A DNA stretch of 60,800 nt from Syntrophothermus sp. DTU052 (GTDB taxonomy: Bacteria > Bacillota > Syntrophomonadia > Syntrophomonadales > DTU052), in the NCBI GenBank assembly GCA_001512495.1, contig LFRU01000036.1, positions 1 to 60,800 of the forward strand. The letters are read 5' to 3'. Shown one piece after another: positions 1-13,287 of this stretch. Each line of letters starts with the position of its first letter. Position 1 is the first letter of the stretch. The position numbers and the translations under genes were made by a program. The notes under the pieces are model-generated. The model did no database searches. It saw only the letters and a program-made list of their open reading frames with translations, and had not been told where the DNA came from.

Positions 1-2
1 GC

Positions 3-37
3 AAAGGGCAGGTGCCGTTTCAAGCACCTGCCCTTTT
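3..37. terminator. Intrinsic terminator-like hairpin downstream of gyrB
   Basis: aaagggcaggtgc / gcacctgcccttt inverted repeat with A/T tracts. Confidence 0.7.
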
Positions 38-100
38 ACCCTCGGTTTCATGGAACCGGCCGTCCCTGGCCTATAGTACCTGCGCAAACAATGGGACATG

Positions 101-2253
<2,153 letters not shown>

Positions 2254-2267
2254 AGTATAATCTCCTT

Positions 2268-3356
2268 TCACTCTGACAGTCTGCCTTGTTCTAACCAAAC
2301 TATTTTACCATTAATATTATTAAACAGTGAACCATCCACTGAGGTCATGAAGGTCTGGAATGATGAGTTCGTTAGAAAATCCAGTATCGTTGCTCTTCTC
2401 CCGATATCAAGTTCGGCCAATATTTCATCCAGCAGGAGAACGGGATAAGTGCCTCGAATTCGCCTGAACACCTCAACTTCTGCCAATTTCAATGCCACTA
2501 CAATATTTCTCTGCTGCCCCTGGGATGCAAAAATGCGCGCGTTTTTTTGATCCAGGTAAAAGTTGATATCATCTCGGTGGGGTCCGATCAGAGTTATCTT
2601 TCTCTGTCTTTCCCTGAGAGATATATCCTGTATTCCCTGGGCTACCATTTCCCTGATACTCTCCAGGTTTACCTTTCCTCCCGAAAGGTTAAAGGTTAGA
2701 GCGTACTTCATCTGCAGCGTCTCGTTTCCGCCCACTAGGTTATAGAAGCGCAGGGTCAGTTCATCAAGAATTTTCATGAGGTTAAGCCGAGCAAGGGTAA
2801 TCTGTGCTGCAGTTAAAGAGAATACATGATCCAAGGCCTTTAACATCCCGGGGTCAGGCAGATCGTCTTTTAGTATGGCGTTTCTTCGGTTCAGCAGTTT
2901 TTCGTAGTTTTCCAGGAAGGTCCTGTACTCCGGGGAGAGGTTTTTCAGGAGGTTATCAAGAAACGCTCGCCTTTTTTGGGGAGGACCTTTAATCAGATAA
3001 AGGTCGTCAGGTGTAAACAGTACTGCTGCCAGTCTGTCCTGCGTCAGGGCATATCTTTTATTGTTAATTGTGAACCGCTTTCTCTTGCCCAGTGTATACT
3101 GCAGAGAAATCGAGTGTTTCTTATTCAAGTAATGATAGGTTGCCTGGATAAAAAATTGGTTTTTACCAAGCCTTATCAGATCCTTGTCAGGTACGCTGCG
3201 GAAACTTACCCCTGATGCCAGCAGATAAACAGCCTCCAAAAAGTTGGTTTTCCCCTGGGCGTTGTTCCCTAGCAGGATGTTTACCCCTTTTGCCGGCACA
3301 TATCTGATTCTTTCCAGATTACGAAAATCATTAATCTGTATTTCCGAAATGTGCAA
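2268..3356 (-). CDS. recF: DNA replication/repair protein RecF
   Basis: GNNAQGKTN Walker A, GPHRDD, SQGQQR, LLLDE. Confidence 0.97.
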   Translation of the reverse strand: MHISEIQINDFRNLERIRYVPAKGVNILLGNNAQGKTNFLEAVYLLASGVSFRSVPDKDLIRLGKNQFFIQATYHYLNKKHSISLQYTLGKRKRFTINNKRYALTQDRLAAVLFTPDDLYLIKGPPQKRRAFLDNLLKNLSPEYRTFLENYEKLLNRRNAILKDDLPDPGMLKALDHVFSLTAAQITLARLNLMKILDELTLRFYNLVGGNETLQMKYALTFNLSGGKVNLESIREMVAQGIQDISLRERQRKITLIGPHRDDINFYLDQKNARIFASQGQQRNIVVALKLAEVEVFRRIRGTYPVLLLDEILAELDIGRRATILDFLTNSSFQTFMTSVDGSLFNNINGKIVWLEQGRLSE

Positions 3357-3370
3357 ACCCTTTTTCCTCT

Positions 3371-4504
3371 TTAACCTGTGCGGAGTGGGACCAGCACGTA
3401 AGTGTAGTTATCGTCTTCGGGGTTTCTGATAACCGCCGGACCTAAAGGCCCGGACAAACTGATTTGAATATTTTTGTTTTCCTGGCTGAGCAGCTTTACG
3501 GCATCGAGTAGATAACGGGTGTTAAAGTTCAATTCTACTGCCTGCTTGGACTCGGCCTCAACTTCTTTTATTATCTCCGTCATCTCTCCCATCTTCTCTG
3601 AGAACGCCGAGATTACCAGTTGTTCCGGCTCAAAATTCATCTTTACATACTGAATCATTTTCTGATCGAACGGCATTAGAGATGTTCTCTCCAGCGATTG
3701 TGTAAGTAATGATGAGTTTACCAGAAATGTATTAACAAAGTTTTTCGGTATAACTTGTATGTAATTAGGGTACTGTCCCTCGATAAGCCTGGAGGAACAT
3801 GAAAGGTCCTGCTCCGTGGTGTAGAATACGATGTGATTCTCAGCCAGGCCGATGTTTATCTCAGAGTCGCCATCCTCGAGAATGCGGGCAATGTCACTCA
3901 TTATTCGCACTGGAATTATGTATTGTCCGGGTAATTGTTCACTTTTTATCTGTTCACTTCTGATGACGGCCAGTCGGTGTGTGTCCGATGCCACCATGGT
4001 CAGGGAATCGCCGGAAAAATCAAATAAAATTCCAGTGAATACCGGCTTAAAATGGGTTACCGCAGCTGCGATCACCGTTTTGCGGATAAAATTTTTCAAT
4101 ACTAACTGGGGTATGGTACTGATATGGGTGACCTTATTAAGAGGCATCTCCGGAAAATCATCGGGATTGTATAGATTGAGATAGCTGGAGGAGAACCCGT
4201 TATAGACATTCAGTTTATTATTTGTTTCGTCCAGAGAGATAGTTACCTCTTCCTCGGATAGGTAACGCACCAGATCGCTGAAGTATTTGGCGTTTACCAA
4301 GGCACTTCCCTCGGAGACAATGTCGGCCGGGAAGATGATTTTTTTTATTCCTATATCGAGATCGGTTCCCTGTAGAATCAATCTATCTTTTTCTGCAGTT
4401 ATCAGCATCCCGGATAGAGCAGGTATTGTGTCCTTCGTCGACGCGGCTCGCTGCACTATGGAAGCTGCTTGTGACAGCAGATTTTTGTTAACGGAAAATT
4501 TCAT
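3371..4504 (-). CDS. dnaN: DNA polymerase III beta clamp
   Basis: SDTHRL, RLIEGQYPNY, FNTRYLLD; downstream of dnaA. Confidence 0.97.
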   Translation of the reverse strand: MKFSVNKNLLSQAASIVQRAASTKDTIPALSGMLITAEKDRLILQGTDLDIGIKKIIFPADIVSEGSALVNAKYFSDLVRYLSEEEVTISLDETNNKLNVYNGFSSSYLNLYNPDDFPEMPLNKVTHISTIPQLVLKNFIRKTVIAAAVTHFKPVFTGILFDFSGDSLTMVASDTHRLAVIRSEQIKSEQLPGQYIIPVRIMSDIARILEDGDSEINIGLAENHIVFYTTEQDLSCSSRLIEGQYPNYIQVIPKNFVNTFLVNSSLLTQSLERTSLMPFDQKMIQYVKMNFEPEQLVISAFSEKMGEMTEIIKEVEAESKQAVELNFNTRYLLDAVKLLSQENKNIQISLSGPLGPAVIRNPEDDNYTYVLVPLRTG

Positions 4505-4538
4505 AAAGGCACCTCCGTAAGTTCTGTGGGTCTGATGA

Positions 4539-4635
4539 TTAACTTAATTATAATTTAGCAGTACTAGTAGTACCGGTTGATATGTTGAAAAGTTGTCAAA
4601 TCTATTGTCCAGCGAGGCTTATCACTTGTTGAAAA
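4539..4635 (-). promoter_or_regulatory. oriC: oriC unwinding element: DnaA boxes, DnaA-trios, AT-rich tract
   Basis: Minus strand reads TTTTCAACA-TATCAACC-GG-TAC TAC TAG TAC TGC TAA-ATTATAATTAAGTTAAT, like the B. subtilis dnaA-dnaN unwinding region; second TTTTCAACA box at 4627-4635. Confidence 0.8.
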
Positions 4636-4669
4636 CAAGTCACATTCTACTTAATTAGTAACAGACAGT

Positions 4670-5962
4670 TTAACATGATTCAATCTTGTTTTTAAGATCG
4701 TTTACAATCTTGTCCAACACGGGGTCGGTTTTTATTTCACGAGATATCTTATCGTAAGCATGCAGGACGGTGGTGTGATCCCTTCCGCCGAAGGTATCGC
4801 CGATCATCGGCAGGGACAATTCTGTTAATTCCCGGGATAAGTACATGGCAATCTGTCTGGGAAAAGCTATTTGCCGGGTTCGGCGTTTGGAAATTAAATC
4901 GGTGACGGTAACACTAAAATATGAGGCTACAGCTTCCTGAATCGATTCAATTGTTATCTGCCGTGGAGTCGGTGGGGGCATAATATTTTGTAGAGCCTCG
5001 GTAGCAATATCCATGGTGATAGGTTGGTTTTTAACTCTGGAAAAAGCCACGGTTCGGGTAAGTGCCCCTTCAAGCTCTCTGATATTGGACTGGATGTTGG
5101 TGGCTATGTAGAGCATCACTTCGTTGGGAACTTCCAGTGATTCGTGTTGGGCTTTTTTCCTCAGTATAGCTATTCTGGTTTCAAGATCGGGGTACTGGAT
5201 GTCGGTTAAAAGTCCCCATTCGAATCGGGAACGAAGACGGTCCTCCAGGGTGGGTATTTCACGGGGAGGGCGATCACTTGAAATAACTATCTGTTTGTTC
5301 GTTTCGTAAAGTGAGTTAAATGTATGAAAAAACTCTTCCTGGGTCCGCTCTTTGCCAACCAGGAACTGAATATCATCTATTAGGAGGATATCTATATTGC
5401 GGTACTTGTTGCGGAATTCGCTGGTCTTGTCATCGCGAATGGAGTTAATAAGCTCATTTGTAAACTGTTCCGAAGAAACGTATACGACTGTGGCCAGCTC
5501 GTTTTTGTTAAGGATGTGATGGCCGATGGCCTGCATTAAATGGGTTTTTCCCAGGCCGACGCCGCCGTAGATAAATAGAGGGTTATATGCTTTCCCGGGG
5601 GCCTCGGCTACGGCAAAAGAAGCGGCGTGAGCAAAACGGTTGCTGTTTCCCACTACAAAGGAGTCAAAAGAGTATTTTGGGTTTAAACGATTCCCTGAGT
5701 AGTCATTAATTGATGGTGTTCTAACGATCAGTTTAAGTTTCACCGGGTGCTGTGTAAAAAGGTTGATTTTTTCATTCAGAAGATGCCAGTACCGTGATTG
5801 TATCCATTCCTTTACCAGAATACTGGGAACCGATACATTAAAGTATTCACTGTCACAGCTTTCAAAATCGGTAGCCGAAAACCAAGCATCGAAGCTGGTA
5901 GGGCCAATATCGTCACGGATAAGAGATAATACTCGGTCCCATATTGCAAAATAGTCGTCCAT
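4670..5962 (-). CDS. dnaA: Chromosomal replication initiator DnaA
   Basis: [33 protein letters not shown]. Confidence 0.99.
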   Translation of the reverse strand: MDDYFAIWDRVLSLIRDDIGPTSFDAWFSATDFESCDSEYFNVSVPSILVKEWIQSRYWHLLNEKINLFTQHPVKLKLIVRTPSINDYSGNRLNPKYSFDSFVVGNSNRFAHAASFAVAEAPGKAYNPLFIYGGVGLGKTHLMQAIGHHILNKNELATVVYVSSEQFTNELINSIRDDKTSEFRNKYRNIDILLIDDIQFLVGKERTQEEFFHTFNSLYETNKQIVISSDRPPREIPTLEDRLRSRFEWGLLTDIQYPDLETRIAILRKKAQHESLEVPNEVMLYIATNIQSNIRELEGALTRTVAFSRVKNQPITMDIATEALQNIMPPPTPRQITIESIQEAVASYFSVTVTDLISKRRTRQIAFPRQIAMYLSRELTELSLPMIGDTFGGRDHTTVLHAYDKISREIKTDPVLDKIVNDLKNKIESC

Positions 5963-5980
5963 AGTATCCCCCTGTTTATA

Positions 5981-5989
5981 TGTGGATAA
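5981..5989 (-). promoter_or_regulatory. Perfect DnaA box upstream of dnaA
   Basis: tgtggataa = TTATCCACA on minus strand; degenerate boxes nearby. Confidence 0.85.
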
Positions 5990-6109
5990 ATCGTTGGTCA
6001 GGCTGTGAATTGTGTGTATAGGTTTGCTTTACCAGGACAAAAATCTAGTAACATGATAACAGAATCACAGACAAAAATGAAGAAGAGGCAGAGCATAAAA
6101 GGCCTTTCC

Positions 6110-6138
6110 TTGACAGGGCCCGGTGGTAAAAATATAAT
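6110..6138 (+). promoter_or_regulatory. sigma-A promoter of rpmH
   Basis: TTGACA-17 nt-TATAAT perfect consensus. Confidence 0.85.
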
Positions 6139-6179
6139 GAAAGATGCATTGGAAATCCGAGGGAGGGAATATTCTTCTC

Positions 6180-6314
6180 ATGAAGAGAACATATCAGCCA
6201 AAGCAGAGAAAGAGAAAAAGATTGCACGGTTTTATGAAGAGGATGTCCACCGTCGGCGGCAGGAAAATCCTAAGCCGCAGGAGGAAAAAGGGACGGGTTA
6301 GATTAAGCGCTTAA
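6180..6314 (+). CDS. rpmH: 50S ribosomal protein L34 (not in ORF track)
   Basis: Manual translation [44 protein letters not shown]. Confidence 0.98.
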   Translation: MKRTYQPKQRKRKRLHGFMKRMSTVGGRKILSRRRKKGRVRLSA

Positions 6315-6353
6315 GGCCGTTAGTCGGCCTTAATTTTCTAAAAGAGGTTTGAG

Positions 6354-6686
6354 ATGCTGGGTACGGACGGAACCCTCCGCAAGAGAAGCGAGTTCGGTTT
6401 TGTTTTTCGCGTGGGTAAAAAACAGGTTGGCCGATTCATGGTTGTATACGCAGCAAAAAACGGGCTTGAGAAGAACAGGTACGGGATAGTAACCAGCAAA
6501 AAGGTAGGTAATGCAGTTCGTCGTAATCGGGCAAGGCGACGATTGCGGGAGTTTATCAGGAAAACGGATAGAGGGCTTGGTAGCGGCTTCGATGTAGTGA
6601 TAATCGCTCGGAACGGTATCAATAATGCCGGTTTTACAATGCTCGTAGACGAGGGTCATCAACTGCTGAAAAGGTTGGGTCTCTAA
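6354..6686 (+). CDS. rnpA: RNase P protein component
   Basis: [19 protein letters not shown] motif. Confidence 0.96.
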   Translation: MLGTDGTLRKRSEFGFVFRVGKKQVGRFMVVYAAKNGLEKNRYGIVTSKKVGNAVRRNRARRRLREFIRKTDRGLGSGFDVVIIARNGINNAGFTMLVDEGHQLLKRLGL

Positions 6687-6688
6687 AG

Positions 6689-6895
6689 GTGTCAAGAGTG
6701 CTGATTAAGCTGATAAGAATATATCAGATGATAAGTCGGCTTTATCCGCCCCGCTGCCGTTTTTTCCCTACGTGTTCGCAGTACGCGGTAGAAGCGTTAA
6801 AAAAGTACGGGACAATTAAGGGCAGCTTGCTCAGCATGAAAAGGATTTTACGCTGTCATCCTTTCAATGAAGGCGGTTATGACCCGGTTCCATAA
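6689..6895 (+). CDS. yidD: Membrane protein insertion efficiency factor YidD
   Basis: [10 protein letters not shown]...RCHPF..GGYDPVP. Confidence 0.96.
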   Translation: MSRVLIKLIRIYQMISRLYPPRCRFFPTCSQYAVEALKKYGTIKGSLLSMKRILRCHPFNEGGYDPVP

Positions 6896-6910
6896 GGCAG
6901 GAGGTGAAGG

Positions 6911-7714
6911 TTGGATTTGTGGCAATCCATTGTTACCGGTTTCAGCGAGCTGATTCAGTTTTGTTATCGCATAACTGACATGGCCGGCCTGGCCAACTAC
7001 GGTTTGGCTATTATACTTATCACCTTTATTATAAAGATCGTACTCTATCCCTTGACCAACTCGCAGATGAAGTCAATGCGGGGGATGCAGGCGATTCAGC
7101 CCAAGTTGAAAGAACTGCAGGCAAAGTACAGGGATAATCCTGAAAAAATGAACGCCGAAATTATGAAACTCTATAAAGAACATGGAGTTAATCCCTTTGG
7201 CGGCTGCCTGCCTCTTTTGATTCAGATGCCGATCCTTTTTGCCTTCTATCAGGCTCTGATCAATTTCAAGTACACGGTTCCCGCGCATGCCGCATTCTTA
7301 TGGATGCCGAATATTTCGCTGCCTGATCCCTACTACATATTACCAGTGCTGACGGCTGTGACTACCTATCTTCAACAGAGAATAAGCACCGTTGACGCCA
7401 ACGATCCAAACCAGAAAACTATGATGATGGTGATGCCTTTATTTATCGGCTGGATCGCGATGAAATTTGCGGCCGGGTTGGCAATTTACTGGGTGACCTT
7501 CAATTTACTCAATATACTGCAGCAGCTCTATGTTAATTACAAAAACCAGTCCAGTTTGGCGGTTTCAGGTGCCGGGGGAGGACAGGTGGCTATAACCGAC
7601 AGTGGAAGCGTAGAAGATGAGGATACCGCGAGTGATATGGGTCCTGAAGCTATTCAGGGAAAAGGAGGAAACGCTCATGCTAAGTCTCGAAAAAAAAGGA
7701 AAAAGCGTAGATGA
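6911..7714 (+). CDS. yidC: YidC/SpoIIIJ membrane insertase
   Basis: GGCLPLLIQMPI, DPYYILP, TM segments. Confidence 0.95.
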   Translation: MDLWQSIVTGFSELIQFCYRITDMAGLANYGLAIILITFIIKIVLYPLTNSQMKSMRGMQAIQPKLKELQAKYRDNPEKMNAEIMKLYKEHGVNPFGGCLPLLIQMPILFAFYQALINFKYTVPAHAAFLWMPNISLPDPYYILPVLTAVTTYLQQRISTVDANDPNQKTMMMVMPLFIGWIAMKFAAGLAIYWVTFNLLNILQQLYVNYKNQSSLAVSGAGGGQVAITDSGSVEDEDTASDMGPEAIQGKGGNAHAKSRKKRKKRR

Positions 7715-8300
7715 GGCTATAAAACTGGCATTAGAAGAAATGGGTGTTGGCCTGGAAGATGTGGCGATTGAGGTGTTGGAAGAACCGAGCCGGGGAATAT
7801 TAGGTATAATAGGCAGCAAACCGGCACTGGTAAGAGTAGAGGTAAAAAACCGGCCCGAAAAGTTGGCCGAAGACAAACTTAAGGCCCTGCTGGATGGAAT
7901 GAAGATCAGTTATGAGATTGAAAGCGTTGAGGTACAGGATGGGGTCATAAGGATAAACATCACCGGGAAAGACATGGGATTGCTGATTGGTCGCAAAGGA
8001 GAGACGTTAAATGCAGTCCAGTTCATTCTCAGCATGATGGTGAACCGGGGGCTTGATGAGAGGGTAAGGATTGTACTAGATGTTGAAGATTATCGGTTGC
8101 GTAAGGAGGAGTCGCTAAAGAGCCTCGCAGTCAGTCTTTCCGAGAGGGTTAAACGAACTAGACGCAGCGTGGTAATGAGGCCCATGGGGCCACATGAGAG
8201 AAGAGTTGTTCATACGGCCTTACAAGGAGATCCAGAGATCGTAACCTACAGCCAGGGGGAGGAACCCCACCGAAAAGTTGTTATATCGCCGAAAAAATAA
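7677..8300 (+). CDS. jag: Jag/EloR (KhpB) RNA-binding protein
   Basis: GKSVDEAI Jag_N, LIGRKGETLNA KH, ERRVVH R3H; ATG at 7677 after AAGGAGG. Confidence 0.95.
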   Translation: MLSLEKKGKSVDEAIKLALEEMGVGLEDVAIEVLEEPSRGILGIIGSKPALVRVEVKNRPEKLAEDKLKALLDGMKISYEIESVEVQDGVIRINITGKDMGLLIGRKGETLNAVQFILSMMVNRGLDERVRIVLDVEDYRLRKEESLKSLAVSLSERVKRTRRSVVMRPMGPHERRVVHTALQGDPEIVTYSQGEEPHRKVVISPKK

Positions 8301-8333
8301 GGCCGCAAGGCCTTTTTATTTTGGAGGATTGCA

Positions 8334-9713
8334 TTGGGAGATTGTATTGCTGCTATATCAACGCCCCCGGGGGAGGGGGGGATTGCCGTCATAAGGGTAA
8401 GCGGCGAGTCTGCTCCTGAAATAGTAGACAAGGTATTCATGTCCCGATCCGGGAAAAAACTCCATGAGTTTAAGACCCATTCGCTGAATTTGGGCTACAT
8501 CAGAGATGAAAACGGAACTCTTATCGATGAGGTACTGGTAAGCCGGATGGACGCCCCTCACAGTTACACGGGAGAAAACGTGGTGGAGATTAACTGCCAC
8601 GGAGGAGCCGTAGCCACTCGAAGATGCCTGGAACTGGTAATAAACGCTGGTGCCAGGCTGGCCCATCCGGGGGAATTTACCAAAAGAGCCTTCTTAAACG
8701 GCCGACTTGATATGGTTCAGGCCGAGGCGGTAATAGAGATAATCAGAGCCAGGAGTGAAAAGGCGCTGGCTCTTTCAACCCGGAACCTCAGGGGGGCCTT
8801 GAGCAAGACCCTGCAACAGGTGGAGGAAGAGCTCATATTCATAAACTCACGAATCGAAGGCAGCATAGATTTTCCTGAAGAGGTCGGTGAACCGGACTGG
8901 CTGGAGCTTGAAGAACGCCTGCAGGCGGTTGAAGGCAGACTGCAAAAGCTGGCCGCCGGCAGTAAACGGGCCCGAGTATATCGAGATGGGGTCAGAGTAG
9001 TAATCGCAGGCAAACCTAATGTTGGCAAATCCAGCCTATTGAATGTGTTGGCCCAAAAAGAGAGGGCCATTGTTACTGAAATACCGGGGACCACACGTGA
9101 TTTAATCGAGGATCTCATTTATATTAAAGGCATTCCCGTATGGGTTACTGATACCGCGGGAATAAGAGAAACTCGGGACGTAATTGAGAGTATGGGGGTG
9201 GAAAAAACCAGAACGGCCTTGGCCGAGGCAGATATTGTGGTGTTTGTGGTTGATGCATCAACCGGCATTCAGGTTGAGGATCTGGAGATAATGCAGCAGA
9301 TCGAGGACAAGCGAAAGCTGGTGGTTATTAATAAGACCGACATTCAGGACCGCAGCTTGAGTGCGGAAGAGGTCAGGAACATTTTTTCCGGCATAAACCT
9401 GGTTGAAATATCAGCCCTGGAGGAGACTGGAATCGAAGAACTGGAATCAGCTTTGGAAAAAATGATTGTCGGGAAGAAAGACCCGGAGGAAGCAGAACCG
9501 GAGATAATGACCAATCTCAGGCAGGAGCGGGCGATAGAAGCTGCTCTTGGGCACGTGCAGGACGCAATTGACGGAGTTAAGAAAAGGCAGCCCATTGATG
9601 GTATCGCCGTAGATACATGGGGAGCGGTATCATGGATTGAGGAAATTACCGGGAAAGCCATCCGTACGGACGTTATGGAGCGAATCTTCGCTGACTTCTG
9701 CATAGGCAAATAG
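8334..9713 (+). CDS. mnmE: tRNA modification GTPase MnmE
   Basis: GKPNVGKSS, DTAGIR, terminal FCIGK. Confidence 0.98.
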   Translation: MGDCIAAISTPPGEGGIAVIRVSGESAPEIVDKVFMSRSGKKLHEFKTHSLNLGYIRDENGTLIDEVLVSRMDAPHSYTGENVVEINCHGGAVATRRCLELVINAGARLAHPGEFTKRAFLNGRLDMVQAEAVIEIIRARSEKALALSTRNLRGALSKTLQQVEEELIFINSRIEGSIDFPEEVGEPDWLELEERLQAVEGRLQKLAAGSKRARVYRDGVRVVIAGKPNVGKSSLLNVLAQKERAIVTEIPGTTRDLIEDLIYIKGIPVWVTDTAGIRETRDVIESMGVEKTRTALAEADIVVFVVDASTGIQVEDLEIMQQIEDKRKLVVINKTDIQDRSLSAEEVRNIFSGINLVEISALEETGIEELESALEKMIVGKKDPEEAEPEIMTNLRQERAIEAALGHVQDAIDGVKKRQPIDGIAVDTWGAVSWIEEITGKAIRTDVMERIFADFCIGK

Positions 9714-9722
9714 GGGGAGAAA

Positions 9723-11624
9723 ATGAAATACTACCGGGCCGGTGATTATGATGTGATCGTTGTGGGAGCAGGACATGCGGGTTGTGAGGCCGCGCTGGCA
9801 GCAGCGCGCATGGGTTGTTCCACCCTTCTGATTACTCTGAGTTTGGATAATATTGCTTTGATGCCCTGCAATCCATCCATTGGTGGACCAGCCAAAGCCC
9901 AGTTGGTCAGGGAGATTGATGCCCTGGGCGGAGAAATGGGATTAAACATAGATGAGGCCAGTATTCAGATGCGGATGCTGAATACCGGGAAAGGAGCGGC
10001 AGTGAGGGCTCTCCGCGCCCAGGCGGATAAGAGAGAATACCAGGAAGTAATGACCTCCACCTTATTGAGACAGGAAAATCTGGAACTGGTTCAGGCAGAA
10101 GTTGAAGGGATTGAAACCAAAAACGGAGCCGTTTCAGGGGTCCTTACCCGTACCGGAGCCCGGTTTGGGACCAAGAGCCTGGTTGTAACAACAGGCACTT
10201 ATCTTAAATCCCGGATAATAATCGGGGATCTGACATATGAGGGTGCTCCCAACGGCCAGTTTCCGGCGCGGAGATTGTCAGATAGCCTGAAGGGCCTGGG
10301 TTTGGTCATGGGAAGGTTTAAAACCGGAACCCCTCCCCGGGTTGACGGCAGAACCCTGGATTTTTCAAAGATGATAGAACAGCCGGGCGACAAGCATATC
10401 CTGAAGTTTTCCTATATGAGTCCCCGGGTATTAAAGCCCCAGATATCATGCTGGTTAACCCACAGCAACCGGACTACCCACAGTATTGTGCTGGATAACC
10501 TCCACCGCTCACCGCTCTATTCCGGGGTGATTAAGGGAGTGGGGCCCAGGCATTGCCCATCGTTTGAGGATAAGGTGGTACGGTTTCAGGAAAAGGATTC
10601 ACATCAAATATTTTTGGAACCGGAGGGCAAGAGGGTTGAAGAGTTCTATGTACAGGGCATGAACACCAGCTTACCTGAGGATATACAGTATGAGGTCCTC
10701 CACAGCATTGCCGGATTGGAAAATGCGCGCATCATCAGGACTGGATACGCCATTGAATATGAGTACGTCATACCGTCCCAACTGAAACTAAGCCTGGAGT
10801 GCAAGGGAGTAAAGGGATTGTTTACCGCCGGGCAGATTAACGGTACTTCCGGGTATGAGGAGGCGGCGGCTCAGGGCTTGATTGCAGGAATAAATGCGGC
10901 ACTCTCCGTCAAGGAGAGGGAACCTTTTATTCTGAGGCGCAGTGAGGCGTTTATCGGCGTTCTGATTGATGACCTGGTAACCAAAGGTATTGACGAACCC
11001 TACCGCTTGCTGACCTCTTCGGCAGAATATCGTTTAATTCTGAGGCAGGACAATGCCGACCTGCGTCTTACGGAGATAGGGTATAAACTGGGATTGGCAA
11101 GTGAGGCCCGGTATGCCATGCTGGAAAAGAAGAAAAAGGAAATGGCAGACTTGGTTAAGGTATTAAATGATGCCACGGTTGCCCCTGATAACCGGGCCAT
11201 AAATATGATTCTCAAGGAGAAGGGCACCAGGGAACTGCGGAGCAGTACCAGCTTGTGGCAGCTGCTGCGCCGGCCGGAGATATCCCTGGAGGATATTTTT
11301 AACAGCGGCGAACTGGAAAATACTTATGATGAAGAGGTTTTGGAACAGGTAGAGATTGAGTGCAAGTATGAAGGATATATCCAGAAACAGAATGAGCAGG
11401 TACGAAGATTCGAAGCCCTGGAAGATAAGAAACTGGCAGAGGAGCTAAATTACGATGAGATAAATGGGCTTTCCAGGGAAGGAAAGTATAAATTGATGCG
11501 GATTAAGCCGTCATCAGTGGGACAGGCATCCCGAATCTCCGGAGTGACACCGGCCGATATTAATGTGCTGTTGATACACCTGGAGAAATTAAGAAGGCAA
11601 GAAAGAGAAAACCATGATCAATGA
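9723..11624 (+). CDS. mnmG: tRNA uridine modification enzyme MnmG (GidA)
   Basis: [34 protein letters not shown]. Confidence 0.98.
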   Translation: MKYYRAGDYDVIVVGAGHAGCEAALAAARMGCSTLLITLSLDNIALMPCNPSIGGPAKAQLVREIDALGGEMGLNIDEASIQMRMLNTGKGAAVRALRAQADKREYQEVMTSTLLRQENLELVQAEVEGIETKNGAVSGVLTRTGARFGTKSLVVTTGTYLKSRIIIGDLTYEGAPNGQFPARRLSDSLKGLGLVMGRFKTGTPPRVDGRTLDFSKMIEQPGDKHILKFSYMSPRVLKPQISCWLTHSNRTTHSIVLDNLHRSPLYSGVIKGVGPRHCPSFEDKVVRFQEKDSHQIFLEPEGKRVEEFYVQGMNTSLPEDIQYEVLHSIAGLENARIIRTGYAIEYEYVIPSQLKLSLECKGVKGLFTAGQINGTSGYEEAAAQGLIAGINAALSVKEREPFILRRSEAFIGVLIDDLVTKGIDEPYRLLTSSAEYRLILRQDNADLRLTEIGYKLGLASEARYAMLEKKKKEMADLVKVLNDATVAPDNRAINMILKEKGTRELRSSTSLWQLLRRPEISLEDIFNSGELENTYDEEVLEQVEIECKYEGYIQKQNEQVRRFEALEDKKLAEELNYDEINGLSREGKYKLMRIKPSSVGQASRISGVTPADINVLLIHLEKLRRQERENHDQ

Positions 11625-12249
11625 TTATATTCGGGAGCTATTGGAAGGTAATAAGAAGCAGAATCTGATCAGCCGGCGGGCCACGGAAAAGGAAATCAGG
11701 GAACACGTTGCAGACAGTGAGTATTTAACAAAAGTCATTGACCTGAAAGGACTCCAGGTTTTAGATATGGGCAGCGGCCAGGGCTTCCCAGCTATTCCCC
11801 TGGCTATCGGTGAGCCGGAAAGCAGCTTTGTGCTGGTGGAATCAGACCTTAAAAAAAGCATGTTCTTGAAAGAACTTGTTTTTAAGTTGGGTTTGAGAAA
11901 TGTTGAAGTGATCAGGGCTCGTATCGAAGAACTTGGGGAAAAGGGCGATTTCAGAAGCCGGTTTGATCTGGTTACCTGTCGTGCGGTTGCCGAGATGTCG
12001 GTTATACTGGAGTGGGGGCTCCCGGTTGTGAAAGTCAATGGACTGCTGGCCGCCTGGAAAGGGGCCAGGGCTGGTGAGGAAATAAGGGCAAGCCAGAAAG
12101 CCCTGGATATTTTGGGAGGAAAAGTAAGACGGGTGGCGAATTATGACATTGGGGGTAAGGAAAGATGCATCGTTATAGTACACAAAGCTAAGGAATGTCC
12201 TCCTCAATTTCCCCGAAGAGGTGGAAAGGCCAAAAAGAGACCGTTATGA
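11614..12249 (+). CDS. rsmG: 16S rRNA m7G527 methyltransferase
   Basis: [16 protein letters not shown]; follows mnmG. Confidence 0.93.
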   Translation: MINDYIRELLEGNKKQNLISRRATEKEIREHVADSEYLTKVIDLKGLQVLDMGSGQGFPAIPLAIGEPESSFVLVESDLKKSMFLKELVFKLGLRNVEVIRARIEELGEKGDFRSRFDLVTCRAVAEMSVILEWGLPVVKVNGLLAAWKGARAGEEIRASQKALDILGGKVRRVANYDIGGKERCIVIVHKAKECPPQFPRRGGKAKKRPL

Positions 12250-12339
12250 CCAGGCGGTACGGGCAGTATGTAAAAATTTTCAACACATTAACGCACTTTT
12301 AATGGGATGAGGTGAAGAAGTCTGAGAACCTGGGGTAAG

Positions 12340-13209
12340 TTGCTGGGAAAAAACAGTAGTAGAAGCCATCTGTTACAAGTTCCCCTCAAGGATGTACAGA
12401 CTAGTCCCTATCAACCGCGACAGGAAATTGATGAGATTGAACTCCGGGAGTTAGCAGGATCCATTCATGAGGTAGGATTGATTCAGCCTATAGTGGTTAG
12501 GAAAGTTAAAAGCGGGTATGAGTTAGTAGCCGGGGAAAGAAGATTTAGAGCCTGCCAGTTGTTGGGCTTGACAGAGATACCGGCCATTTTAATGGAGTTG
12601 GACGATAAAAACACCGCCGCTTTGAGTTTAATTGAGAACTTGCAGCGAAAGAATCTCAACTATTTTGAGGAAGCTAAGGCCTATGCTCGTTTGATTAATG
12701 ATTTTGGTTTCACCCAGGAAGAAGTTGCCAGAAAGGCAGGCAAGAGTCAATCAGGTATTGCCAATAAGCTGCGGCTGCTTAAACTAAGCCCGCAGGTTCA
12801 AAAAATGATTTCGCCTGATGTTATCAGTGAAAGGCATGCCCGGGCGCTGCTCAAGCTGAACTCAGATGAAGAAAAGATGATGGTACTGCAGATGATTTAC
12901 GAACAGGAGTTAAACGTCAGGGAAACGGAGGAATTTGTAGAGCGGATAAGAAATAACCTACCCCCGGAAATGCAGAAAAAAGAAAGGAAGAACAGAAAGG
13001 GCGCCATTAAGGATGCACAGGCGTTTTTGAAGACGCTTCAGAAAACAATTATTCGCGCAAAGAATGACGGCGTTGATATGATGATTACGGAAAGGGAATA
13101 TGATGAGGCTGTGGAACTGGTGATCCGCATACCAAAACCTGGGAGTGAGGTCAACCGCCATAATCAAGAAGAGGAAGACCAAACGAACCTGAAGCGTATG
13201 AATTCATAA
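12340..13209 (+). CDS. noc: Noc/ParB-family protein
   Basis: PYQPR, LVAGERRFRA, IENLQR; position after rsmG. Confidence 0.85.
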   Translation: MLGKNSSRSHLLQVPLKDVQTSPYQPRQEIDEIELRELAGSIHEVGLIQPIVVRKVKSGYELVAGERRFRACQLLGLTEIPAILMELDDKNTAALSLIENLQRKNLNYFEEAKAYARLINDFGFTQEEVARKAGKSQSGIANKLRLLKLSPQVQKMISPDVISERHARALLKLNSDEEKMMVLQMIYEQELNVRETEEFVERIRNNLPPEMQKKERKNRKGAIKDAQAFLKTLQKTIIRAKNDGVDMMITEREYDEAVELVIRIPKPGSEVNRHNQEEEDQTNLKRMNS

Positions 13210-13252
13210 TGATATTTTCAAACCAAGAACCATGAAAAACACATCTAATGGA

Positions 13253-13281
13253 CGGGGAGCAGAGTTAATTCCTGCTCCCCG
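13253..13281. terminator. Hairpin between convergent noc and MCP genes
   Basis: cggggagcag / ctgctccccg 10-bp stem. Confidence 0.65.
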
Positions 13282-13287
13282 GGTTGT

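Noticed and set aside
4827-4840. aattcccgggataa, Noc-binding-site-like palindrome in dnaA
   Set aside because: Mismatched and within coding sequence; insufficient alone
6005-6301. 98-aa ORF upstream of rnpA
   Set aside because: Out-of-frame overlap with the rpmH promoter and gene
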